From Macrostomum lignano (taxonomy: Eukaryota), in contig NIVC01001200.1 of NCBI GenBank assembly GCA_002269645.1, forward strand, positions 62,001 to 126,000: 64,000 bases of DNA, read 5' to 3'. The notes under the pieces were generated by a model, which searched no databases, had not been told where the DNA came from, and saw nothing but the letters and a program-made list of their open reading frames with translations. Within the stretch, counting starts at the first letter, position 1; each line of letters opens with the position of its first letter. Shown piece after piece: positions 1-12,400 of the stretch. Position numbers and translations under genes: made by a program.

Positions 1-208
1 TGTCAAACTCTAGCATTGCAAGGTTTTCTGGCAAGCCTGCTTGCTTGCTCCAATTGGTACTTTATACTAGGTTACTAGTATTACTTGCTTTGAGTTTTAT
101 CTAGTCTGCTTGTGTGACCACTTCATGCTAAATTGCTATTGCTATAGATAGATAAACACCTCAAAGATTGTATAGTTATAAATACTAATGGAAAGTATAT
201 TACATTAG

Positions 209-573
209 GGGGCCGTAGCCCAGCGGTAGCGCAGCTGCTCTGGTGTGCCGCGACCCAGGCTCGATTCCAAGTGCAGCCACATTAATTTGGGGCTGGATTG
301 GAATCTTGGCTTGGCTCGCTTGTGCAATTAACGGCCTTGAGAGCCAACCCCCCCAAGGCACAGTGAAGTGTACATGCCTAACAATTGATAAAGTTAGGGC
401 CGCTGTACACTCCTGTGTGAGTGTGTGCCTGCGTAACGTATCCGCGCGCTTGTATGCCTGCTCAGGGGAGTTGGCGGAATGGGCAGTAATGCCTCTCGCC
501 GGTTGTGTGCCAATGACGCTTAAATTGTGCCAAGGTGCACACAACCCCCCTGCCTCTATATATATAATATATA
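209..573 (+). mobile_element. tRNA-derived SINE with (TA)n tail and 13-bp target-site duplication
   Basis: Head GGGGCCGTAGCCCAGCGG...GGCTCGATTCC has Pol III A-box and B-box motifs at tRNA-like spacing; TA-rich tail about 557-573; TATATTACATTAG occurs on both sides (196-208 and 574-586). Confidence 0.8.
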
Positions 574-2811
574 TATATTACATTAGAAAAATTCTTTTTA
601 TTAAAATATACCTGATATAACTACGAGCTTGTAAAGTAGCCAAGATCTTCATGACAAGATCTACAGAAATCAGTCTAGGAAACTTATAATAGTGGGTATT
701 CTAGAACATATTCTAAGCACTATTCAAATAGGTATGAACATAGTGGCTTGCACAGGAGGCTGTCATTTCTAGCAGATAAACTCAAATTTCTCTGCTACTT
801 TCTGTAGTCTTATATTCTTGCATATTGATGCCTGCTTTGTAGATAATATAATACTATTTACTATAGGCATCATAGTCAATTGCTTGTTTAGAATTTCTCA
901 TTGCTTTCCTATACTCAGGCTAGCAAAATATCTGCCTTCTTTGTGGCATGAAAAAAGAACTAAAAAGCAGTATTAAAATTAAGAGGCAAGAGCACAATTA
1001 AAATGAAATGAATATTTCATATAATCAACTAAATAAAATAAAAAAACACAATTCCTATTTCAATATGCATGTTTTTTTAGAAACACATCACTATAATAAC
1101 AAGTAAAGTTCCTTTTTAATGCATTAAGGTAGGGATGGAAGAAGAAAGAAAGAAAAGAATTTTTCTTAAGTTGGTCAGTTGAGCAAATTTGAATTGTTGC
1201 CTACATTGAGTTTGCACAAATTAAGCTAGAAAATCATTCAGTTGAATCTTAGCAAATTCTTCCTGGTTACTCTGTCTGCTGCAGTCTTTAATTCTAGGGA
1301 AGGGTAGTCATAATCATAGTCAAGTGGTCTTTGTTAGGCATAGTTGTCAAGTTTGGGTCCTTAGACACCATAATTCAATGTATGTCAAAGTAGCAAAGCT
1401 TATTATCATTTATTAATAAAGTTATTAGCTCAGCTGGACTGTATGTGAGATGAATTCAGCAGTGCTGCAGTGCAGGATAAATAAGTTGGTTATGGTTTTT
1501 GAAAAGAGTGTGGCAATAGATTAATAATGGAAATATCAAAATTCACATAGGTTTATAAGGAGAGAAATAGAGAAAAAGAGCACCAAAATAGTTGAATTAA
1601 CACGAGCTAACAAAATATTAAATAGGATTAGCAGGGATTCAGGTTAAGTTATATAGATTTGTGCCAATGCTTAGGACAACTGAAGGGGCAAAGTGTGGAA
1701 TGGGGAAAACCCAGAGTTGAGCCAAACATGAAATAAAAAGTAAAAATTAAAATGAAATAAATTGGGTGCATAAGTTGGGTCCAATAGAGGGAATAGAGGT
1801 GTAACCAAGTTGGGGACAAGAGGGACTAGCTGTAGGGCTAGGCATCATTATGAGAAATAACAATTTTGTCACTGGGGAGGCAAGTGGTAAATCATGCAAG
1901 TTGGTCATGCAAAAATTATTCAATCTGCACTCAGTGGTAGCCCGCACTACCACAAAACTAACTTGATTTAGCAAAACGTTAAATACTTTCTTAAAATGTG
2001 GCTTTCTTAGAAATTTTAACTTTAATTAAGATTTAAAATAAAAATGGGCTGTGTTTTATCTACTATCTGATAAACTAAATAACAAAATGACTGTTTGACA
2101 AAGGTTTTTGACAAAATGTCCTTGAATTTTATAGTTTAAGTTAAGGAAATGAATTTTAAGATGATTTTTTGTCTCAATGCAAAAGAAGCTCTTAATTCCT
2201 TGTTAGGGAGGTAAGCGACAAATTTTGGATTATATATGCATGTTTTGGGGTTAGTAAATTGTCAAAGTTGTCAAAGACAAATGCAGTTATAGCTTTTCTT
2301 TTTATACAATAAATAAACTTGAATTGTTAATGAGTAGTAGTCCAGATTATTGCTGTCATTATTTACTTTATCACTATATTTTAGTGATCAGTAAAATAAT
2401 TGCTGCCATTGGATTTCATTAAACCATAAAAAGTTTTTACAAGTTAATTGAAATTAACTAAGATATGGGAAAAATTTATAGCAAAACTCTATAACTTTTA
2501 TAGCACTTATATTGTTAAACCTATCTAAAATGCTAAAAATATTGATTAATAATAAGACAATTTGGTCATAAATAAATACATGTACAACCTAAATTTTATT
2601 TTTTTGCTAGTGCAAAATAGTTTTCTACAAAAATACATTATATAGGTATAAAATAAAGGTATAACAAACCATATGAGCGCACCTCTAGCTAAAAAGCCTT
2701 TTTGCCCAATAACCAGCTGCAGCATCATCATTTATATCAGCCTCATAAATCTCATTCTGCACGTGTTTGTCATTCCATTGTGCTTTCTGCTGCCTTCAGC
2801 CATCCAACGCG

Positions 2812-5800
2812 ATGCCACGCGCCCGTAAGCGAGTGAACAGCGAGCAGCAGCAGCAAGCAGCGGAGGCGGCTCAGCAGCGGGCACCCAAGCGGCCCCGCCG
2901 CCAGCATCCAGCCGGAGATGCTCAGGAAATTCAGCCCAGCTTTAACAAAACTGCTGGCCGCGTGCTCACGCTTGGCGAAGGCGACACCGGTCAGCTGGGA
3001 CTCGGGGACTCCGCATTGAGCAGGAAGCGGCCTGCCCGGGTTGGCGTGGGACTGCCCGACTGCGGCTGCGTTCAGGTGAGCACCTGAGCATGCCTGGGGG
3101 GATTTGTGATCTGAGATGCGAATGGGGTGAGATTTGTGACTTGCGATGCGCATTGGGTGAGATTTGTGACTTGCGATGCGCATTGGGTGAGATTTGTGAC
3201 CTGCGATGCGGATGGGTGAGATTTGTGACCTGCGATGCGAATGGGGTGAGATTTGTGACCTGCGATGCGGATGGGTGAGATTTGTGACCTGCGATGCGAA
3301 TGGGGTGAGATTTGTGACCTGCGATGCGTATGGGGTGAGATTTGTGACCTGCGATGCCTATTTGGTGAGATTTGTGACCTGCGATGCCTATTTGGTGAGA
3401 TTTGTGACCTGCGATGCGGATGGGTGAGATTTGTGACCTGCGATGCGAATGGGGTGAGATTTGTGACCTGCGATGTCTATGGGGTGATGAGATTTGTGAC
3501 CTGCGATGTCTATGGGGTGAGATTTGTGACCTGCGATGTCTATGGGGTGATGAGATTTGTGACCTGCGATGTCTATGGGGTGAGATTTGTGACCTGCGAT
3601 GTCTATGGGGTGAGATTTGTGACCTGCGATGCGTATGGGGTGAGATTTGTGACCTGCGATGCCTATTTGGTGAGATTTGTGACCTGCGATGCCTATTTGG
3701 TGAGATTTGTGACCTGCGATGCGGATGGGTGAGATTTGTGACCTGCGATGCGAATGGGGTGAGATTTGTGACCTGCGATGTCTATGGGGTGATGAGATTT
3801 GTGACCTGCGATGTCTATGGGGTGAGATTTGTGACCTGCGATGTCTATGGGGTGATGAGATTTGTGACCTGCGATGTCTATGGGGTGAGATTTGTGACCT
3901 GCGATGTCTATGGGGTGAGATTTGTGACCTGCTGTGCCAAGAGGTGAGATTTACGAACCGCCCTAATTTCCTTTCCGATCCCGCGCTGCTCCACAGGTGG
4001 TGGCGGGAGGGATGCACACTGCCTGCCTGGCAGCCGACGGCCGCGTCTTCACCTTCGGCTGCAACGACGAGTGCGCCCTCGGCCGGCCGGTTATTGACGC
4101 GCCCGAAAGGGACGACAGCGTCTCCGATGAGGGCGGCGCCGACGATGAAGGCAGCGAGTTCCGGCCCGCCCTCGTGGCTGACGGCCTGCCCGACCCGGCT
4201 GAGGACCCGGTGGTTCACCTGTCGGCCGGTGACAGCCACACTGCGGCCGTCACTGCGTCTGGCCGCATCTTTGTTTGGGGCACCTTTAGGGACAGCAACG
4301 GAGTGATCGGTTGGTTATCGTTCCTGATTTTTGTTGACCCGATCTCACTTATCTATTGACATCACGTGACCCTTGACCTCGCATGTATCCTGACCTCACT
4401 TGACCCTTGCCCTCGCATGTATCCTGACCTCACTCGACCCCTGACCTCACGTTTCCCCTGACCCTGCATGTATTCTGACCTCACTTGACCCTTGACCCTG
4501 CATGTATCCTGACCTCACTTAACCCTTGCCCTCGCATGTATCCTGACCTCACTTGACCCTTGACACTGCATGTATCCTGACCTCACTTGACCCTTGCCCT
4601 CGCATGTATCCTGACCTCACTCGACCCCTGACCTCACGTTTCCCCTGACCCTGCATGTATTCTGACCTCACTTGACCCTTGACCCTGCATGTATCCTGAC
4701 CTCACTTAACCCTTGCCCTCGCATGTATCCTGACCTCACTTGACCCTTGACACTGCATGTATCCTGACCTCACTTAACCCTTGCCCTCGCATGTATCCTG
4801 ACCTCACTTGACCCTTGACACTGCATGTATCCTGACCTCACTTGACCCTTGCCCTCGCATGTATCCTGACCTCACTCGACCCCTGACCTCACGTTTCCCT
4901 TGACCCTGCATGTATTCTGACCTCACGTGACCCTTGACCTCGCATGTATCCTGACCTCACTTGACCTCTGCCCTCACGTTTCCCTTGACCTCGAATGCAC
5001 CTTGGCATGACCGCTGATCTCAAACGAACTCACCACCTGACCCAGGCCTGACCCGAGCCGGCCAGATGAGTTCACGGCCTGTGCAGGTGGAACTGCCAGC
5101 CGACGCTGGCCGGGCTGTCAAATCGGCCTCCGGTGCCAGTCACGTGATCTGCCTGACTAGCGCTGGCCGCGTGTTTACCTTCGGCTGCGGGGAGCAGGTG
5201 AGACTCAGCCTAAATTCTCTAATAACCGCCCCAAATGCACTGAGAACTGCCGCACCGCTCAGGGTCAGCTCGGGAGGGTCTCTGAGCGCCAGGCGTCCAG
5301 CCGAGGCGGTCGGGCCGGACTTTCTGCTCTGCTGACGCCGCGCGAGATTCGCTTGGACTCGCGGCGCCGGCTCGCACAGTTCGACGACGTCTGGGCCGGG
5401 GCCTACGCCAGCTTTGCCAGGGTGCGCGGCGGCGTTGGCGGCGTTGGCGACCTCGTGCTGGCCTGGGGACTCAACAATTTCTACCAGCTGGGCACCGGCG
5501 ACCTTGAGAACCGGTTCTTCCCAGCCGTTGCCATCGAGTTCAATGGTGAGGAGGGCTCCCCTAAGATCATTGGGATGGCTCATTGATTTCTAGGAAAAAA
5601 GAGACAGGTCAAACACCCAGTATGACAGGTCAAACACCCAGTCTGACACTTACAGGTAAATTACCCAGTCTGACACAGGTAAATTACCCAGTCTGACACT
5701 TACAGGTAAATTACCCAGTCTGACACTTACAGGTAAATTACCCAGTCTGACACAGGTAAATTACCCAGTCTGACACAGGTAAATTACCCAGTCTAACACA

Positions 5801-6851
5801 GGTAAATTACCCAGTCTGACACAGGTAAATTACCCAGTCTGACACTTACAGGTAAATTACCCAGTCTGACACTTACAGGTAAATTACCCAGTCTGACACT
5901 TACAGGTAAATTACCCAGTCTAACACAGGTAAATTACCCAGTCTGACACTTACAGGTAAATTACCCAGTCTGACACAGGTAATTACCCAGTCTGACACAG
6001 GTAAATTACCCAGTCTGACACAGGTAAATTACCCAGTCTGACACAGATAAATTACCCAGTCTGACACAGGTAAATTACCCAGTCTGACACAGGTAAATTA
6101 CCCAGTCTGACACAGGTAAATTACCCAGTCTGACACTTACAGGTAAATTACCCAGTCTGACACTTACAGGTAAATTACACAGTCTAACACAGGTAAATTA
6201 CCCAGTCTAACACAGGTAAATTACCCAGTCTAACACAGGTAAATTACCCAGTCTGACACAGGTAAATTACCCAGTCTAACACAGGTAAATTACCCAGTTT
6301 GACACAGGTAAATTACCCAGTCTGACACAGGTAATTACCCAGTCTGACACAGGTAAATTACCCAGTCTGACACCGCCAACCCCGCAGGCCGCCGCTGGCA
6401 GGAGCTGAGCTCTGGGCAGCACCACACCGTAGCCGTGGACTCCGAAGGCGGCGTGTTCGCCTGCGGCCGAGGCGAATACGGCCGACTGGGTCGCGGCCGC
6501 TCTTTCGGGGAGGCGGCCAGCGCCTGCCTGCTGCCCGTAGCGACGACCGCTGAGGCGCCCGAAGATGCTGGCGAGGAGTCGGCGGCGGCCGGCGAAGGCA
6601 TCGGGCAGCGGCGCTGCATCGGCGTGGCCTGCGCGACCGCCAGCAGCTTCTGCGTGGCGGAGGACGGCGCCGCCTTCTCCTGGGGCATGGGCAGCAACAA
6701 GCAGCTCGGCCACGGCCCGGAGGACTCGGACGCCCACGCGCCCGCCCGTGTTGAAGGCAAGCAGCTGGACGGCCTGCGGGTTCTCGCTATCAGCGGCGGC
6801 GGCCAGCACGTCGTTCTGCTGGCTGCCGAGGCCAACAATAACAGCCTCTGA
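2812..6851 (+). CDS. RCC1: Regulator of chromosome condensation 1 (Ran GEF); exons 2812-3075, 3997-4309, 5046-5197, 5263-5545, 6388-6851; 491 aa
   Basis: RCC1 blades recognisable ([94 protein letters not shown]); basic N-terminal NLS-like tail; all four introns GT-AG with matching phases; 1476 nt = 492 codons. Confidence 0.95.
3097..3952. repeat. 29-33 bp minisatellite (GAGATTTGTGACCTGCGATGCGAATGGGGT) in RCC1 intron 1
   Basis: About 28 tandem copies seen directly. Confidence 0.95.
4360..5000. repeat. About 35-37 bp minisatellite (TGCATGTATCCTGACCTCACTTGACCCTTG...) in RCC1 intron 2
   Basis: Tandem variants seen directly. Confidence 0.9.
5618..6372. repeat. 23/27 bp minisatellite (ACAGGTAAATTACCCAGTCTGAC, with or without CTTA) in RCC1 intron 4
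   Basis: About 30 tandem copies seen directly. Confidence 0.95.
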
Positions 6852-6982
6852 CTGGCAGGTTTAACCCGCATTGGGAATTAACCGGGCCGGGCCCCCTAAA
6901 ACTCATTGGCAGTCGCTTCTGTACGAGCTACCTGAAGAAATCTGCTTTTATTTTGCCCGCTGGCAATCCTTTGCGATGCAAA

Positions 6983-7235
6983 TACCTGACGATCTACCCT
7001 AATCTACCTGACGATCTACCCTAATCTACCTGACGATCTACCCTAATCTACCTGACGATCTACCCTAATCTACCTGACGATCTACCCTAATCTACCTGAC
7101 GATCTACCCTAATCTACCTGACGATCTACCCTAATCTACCTGACGATCTACCCTAATCTACCTGACGATCTACCCTAAACTACCTGAAGATCTACCCTAC
7201 TGTAAACCACTTGACGATCTACCCTAAACTACCTT
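6983..7235. repeat. 22 bp minisatellite (ACCTGACGATCTACCCTAATCT)
   Basis: About 10 tandem copies downstream of the RCC1 stop. Confidence 0.9.
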
Positions 7236-7811
7236 ACTGACGTAAAAGTGTTTTCCCGAATTAATTCCCTAACCCTAGCCCCAAACCCGGAAGCCATCTC
7301 TTCCTTCAGTAAGCGTCATCCTGAACCCCGCACTGAGTGCAGGAGTTGTTTTTGGCAACTCTGGTTTATCAAAAAGCAAAATCTTTCTCATTGTGAACTT
7401 AAACTAACTTATGCACCCAAGCTCCTCAATGCGTGCCACATTTCTGTTTTAATTTATTATATTCCAACCGTGTTACTCGTGGCTATCTGTAAGTAGCGTG
7501 CGCAGCATTATTTTCAACAATTTTATTCGCAATTTTTTATTTCTCTTCACTCAACTCGGCTCCGCAATTGAAGCTCTGCGCATTATGCATTGCTGGCTGC
7601 ATTTTAACCTCATTTTATTTTTCTCCTGGCGGCATGGCATGGGCGCGTAATTCATTCTTATCTGTGGCAATGTACTTTTGCGGCTGCGAATCAGTCCTAA
7701 ACAAAAAATTATTTTTTATCTAATTCATTGCTTATTTGTTGTCTTAATCGGTATTCGGTGTTTTTCTTTCAAATTTTATTGCACTCATTTGTTATACTTG
7801 CGTAGACAGAG

Positions 7812-8990
7812 ATTGGCGCCGGTTTGAATAGCTAGATTAGATATTAGCGCCGGTTTTAATAGCTAGATTAGATATTAGCGCCGGTTTGAATAGCTAGATT
7901 AGATATTAGCGCCGGTTTGAATAGCTAGATTAGATATTAGCGCCGGTTTGAATAGCTAGATTAGATATTAGCGCCGGTTTGAATAGCTAGATTAGATATT
8001 AGCGCCGGTTTGAATAGCTAGATTAGATATTAGCGCCGGTTTGAATAGCTAGATTAGATATTAGCGCCGGTTTGAATAGCTAGATTAGATATTAGCGCCG
8101 GTTTGAATAGCTAGATTAGATATTAGCGCCGGTTTGAATAGCTAGATTAGATATTAGCGCCGGTTTGAATAGCTAGATTAGATATTAGCGCCGGTTTGAA
8201 TAGCTAGATTAGATATTAGCGCCGGTTTGAATAGCTAGATTAGATATTAGCGCCGGTTTGAATAGCTAGATTAGATATTAGCGCCGGTTTGAATAGCTAG
8301 ATTAGATATTAGCGCCGGTTTGAATAGCTAGATTAGATATTAGCGCCGGTTTGAATAGCTAGATTAGATATTAGCGCCGGTTTGAATAGCTAGATTAGAT
8401 ATTAGCGCCGGTTTGAATAGCTAGATTAGATATTAGCGCCGGTTTGAATAGCTAGATTAGATATTAGCGCCGGTTTGAATAGCTAGATTAGATATTAGCG
8501 CCGATTTAAAATGCTAGAATAGAATTACTACATTAAATATTGGCGCCGACTTGATTTACTAAATTAGATATTGGCGCCGATTGAATAACTTGGTAAGATA
8601 TTGGCGCCAATTTGAAGTTCTAGATTGAGATAGGCGCCGATTTATAATTTGCTAGATTAGATATTGGCGACGATTTATAATGCTAGATTAGATATTGGCG
8701 CCGATTTATAATTAGTAGAGATTAGTAGAGATGGAGATTGGCGCTGATTTAAGTTACAAGAATAGAGATTGGCGCCGATTTAAATTACTATTGTAGAAGA
8801 TTGGCGCCGATTTAAATTACTTGAAAATTGGCGCCGATTTAAATTACTTAAAGATTGGCGCCGATTTAAATTACTTGATTAAATATTGGCGCCGATTTAA
8901 ATTACTTGATTAAATATTGGCGCCGGTTAAAATAGCTAGATTTGATATTGGCGCCGATTTGAAATACTACATAGGCGCCAGTTTAAGTAA
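7812..8990. repeat. 31 bp minisatellite: homogeneous block (to about 8500) then diverged older units keeping a TTGGCGCCGATTT core
   Basis: About 22 near-identical units AGCTAGATTAGATATTAGCGCCGGTTTGAAT followed by roughly 15 degenerate ones. Confidence 0.9.
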
Positions 8991-9456
8991 TCAGGTAGAC
9001 ATTTACAAGCAGATTGTCTGCTCAGTGGTCATCAGTGAGGGGTTTAGGGGATCATTCATCCTGCTCTGAAGAAATGTCCAATAACAGAGAAGGCACCGGA
9101 CTGGCTTGCCTCCGCTTGGGGATATGTTCATGCACACATGTTCCCCATGCTATGAGCCACCGTGCAACCAGCTGAATGCTTAATTGATGATGAAGCTGAG
9201 CAGAAGAGCGGCTGCACGCTGGCCTGTTGAGTAACCATGCAGCCAATTGTAGGGATCTGGGGATGGGTGGGGGAGCTTGCGACCAATGGGAGAGGGGATC
9301 AAAGTCTGCTTAATCCCCCAGTCTGCAGACCAGAAATAAAACAGGGAGCTCAGCTGGCATCCTTGCTCCGGTGCATTGCTGATGGCGACCCGGCCAGCCT
9401 CTCAGAATCCATAGAAAACGCGCCGAGGATCACCCAAGCTCCTGCTCTATTTGAAA

Positions 9457-12400
9457 ATGACGGCTGCTCGGGACAACGTCCGTCTGGTTAGCGAAACCGT
9501 TCCCATGGTAACGGTTGCTACGGAGCTGGCGTCGGCATCTCCTAGCGGCTACCACCAGCTGCAGAGCCTCAGCCCCATCGTGGAGGAGTCGCCAGCGCCG
9601 CAGTTTCTGCCGCTGACGTCACCGTCTGTCGCCGATGCGGATGTTGACGGCGAAAGCGGCAGCGGCAGCGACTCCAGCGAAGAGCGGTTTACCGAGGTGG
9701 CCGCGGCCAGCTGCGACCTGCAGCCCTCGGTGCACTACCGTGAGTTGAAGGCAGCCTGCGGGCGCTGAGGCAGCAGGGTGCGTTAGGCAGGGCGGGAGCC
9801 ATCCTGCACAGCGGGGGTTGAGGGCTGAGCCATCCTGCACAGCGGGGGTTGAGGGCTGAGCCATCCTGCACAGCGGGGGTTGATGACGGGAGCCATCCTG
9901 CACAGCAAGGGTTGATGACGGGAGCCATCCTGCACAGCGGGGGTTGAGGGCTGAGCCATCCTGCACAGCGGGGGTTGATGACGGGAGCCATCCTGCACAG
10001 CGGGGGTTGAGGGCTGAGCCATCCTGCACAGCGGGGGTTGAGGGCTGAGCCATCCTGCACAGCGGGGGTTGAGGGCTGAGCCATCCTGCACAGCGGGGGT
10101 TGAGGGCTGAGCCATCCTGCACAGCGGGGGTTGATGACGGGAGCCATCCTGCACAGCGGGGGTTGATGACGGGAGCCATCCTGCACAGCGGGGGTTGAGG
10201 GCTGAGCCATCCTGCACAGCGGGGGTTGATGACGGGAGCCATCCTGCACAGCGGGGGTTGAGGGCTGAGCCATCCTGCACAGCGGGGGTTGATGACGGGA
10301 GCCATCCTGCACAGCGGGGGTTGAGGGCGGAACCATCCTGCACAGCGGGGGTTGAGGGCGGAACCATCCTGCACAGCGGGGGTTGAGGGGTGGTCGAGGG
10401 CTGAACCAGGCCGCACAATGAGGGTTTAGGGTTTGGGTGAGGGCTGGGTCACGAATGTGGGCTCTCAGAAGAGCTGCCTGGGCCAACAGTTTGCAGTAGC
10501 CCGAGTCCACCAGCCGCCGTTTCATTTCGTAGATTGCTTTTTGTCCGAGAAGAAAGGAAATTGTCTCTCTGTCGCCCCCGTCTGTCCGCTGAAGCTGGAC
10601 GCCAGTTCTTCTCGGAGAACTGGACGGCCAGTTTAGCGCTGGCCCGACTGAATAATCACTTCCTGGAGGTGTCGCTGATGGATGGAGCTGCCGCGCTGGG
10701 CTTTCAAATTACGAGTGCCGACAGGGAAAGAAACCCAACGAAAAGAGACGCAAGTGGGCACTGCAAAAATAAAATGGAAAATTTGTCACTGTTGCTCAAG
10801 TCCCAGGCCAGCAGAGTATAATAAATTGATGTGCAGCATCGCCACGGAACCCAAGGACCACTAGCAGTACATCATAACGCTACACTCCAAGATCGTGTAG
10901 TTTTTTAAAGGCCGATTTTTGTCAAAAAAATTCACTGCAGAGATAGGAAAAATCATTATTTTCATCACAAAATCAAACCAATTTGAATACTAAATACTCG
11001 GATGATGTTGCTGTGGGACATCACCCGAGGCCACATCATCCGAGGCCACATCACCCGAGGCCACATCACCCGAGGCACAGCACATCATCCGAGGCCACAT
11101 CATCCGAGGCCACATCATCCGAGGCACAGCACATCATCCGAGGCCACATCACCCGAGGCACAGCACATCATCCGAGGCCACATCGTCCGAGGCCACATCA
11201 CCCGAGGCACAGCACATCATCCGAGGCACAGCACATCATCCGAGGCACAGCACATCATCCCAGGCACAGCACATCATCCGAGACCACATCATCCGAGGCC
11301 ACATCATCCGAGGCACAGCACATCATCCGAGGCGCAGCACATCATCCGAGACCACATCATCCGAGGCCACATCATCCGAGGCCACATCATCCGAGGCCAC
11401 ATCATCCGAGACCACATCACCCGAGGCACAGCACATCATCCGAGGCCACATCGTCCGAGGCCACATCATCCGAGGCCACATCGTCCGAGGCCACATCACC
11501 CGAGGCCACATCATCCGAGGCCACATCACCCGAGGCCACATCACCCGAGGCACAGCACATCATCCGAGGCCACATCATCCGAGGCACAGCACATCATCCG
11601 AGGCCACATCACCCGAGGCACAGCACATCATCCGAGGCCACATCGTCCGAGGCCACATCACCCGAGGCACAGCACATCATCCGAGGCACAGCACATCATC
11701 CGAGGCACAGCACATCATCCGAGGCACAGCACATCATCCGAGGCACAGCACATCATCCGAGGCCACATCGTCCGAGGCCACATCACCCGAGGCACAGCAC
11801 ATCACCCGAGGCACAGCACATCATCCGAGGCCACATCACCCGAGGCACAGCACATCATCCGAGGCCACATCATCTGAGGCCACATCATCCGAGGCACAGC
11901 ACATCATCCGAGGCCACATCACCCGAGGCACAGCACATCATCCGAGGCCACATCGTCCGAGACCACATCATCCGATGCCACATCATCCGAGGCACAGCAC
12001 ATCATCCGAGGCCACATCACCCGAGGCACAGCACATCACCCGAGGCACAGCACATCACCCGAGGCACAGCACATCATCCGAGGCACAGCACATCATCCGA
12101 GGCACAGCACATCATCCGAGGCCACATCATCCGAGACCACATCATCCGAGGCCACATCATCCGAGGCCACATCATCCGAGGCACAGCACATCATCCGAGG
12201 CCACATCGTCCGAGGCCACATCATCCGAGGCCACATCGTCCGAGGCCACATCACCCGAGGCACAGCACATCACCCGAGGCACAGCACATCACCCGAGGCA
12301 CAGCACATCATCCGAGGCACAGCACATCATCCGAGGCCACATCATCCGAGGCCACATCATCCGAGACCACATCATCCGAGGCACAGCACATCATTCGAGG

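Noticed and set aside
209-280. Functional tRNA gene
   Set aside because: No clean cloverleaf or oligo-T terminator; it continues into a SINE body bounded by a TSD.
8500-8990. CRISPR-like repeat/spacer pattern
   Set aside because: Spacers are related to each other and to the adjacent 31-bp unit; eukaryotic context and no cas genes. It is a decayed minisatellite.
10534-10900. Possible piggyBac-like transposase C-terminal remnant
   Set aside because: Only loose resemblance across frames (Cys cluster); no TTAA or TIR found.
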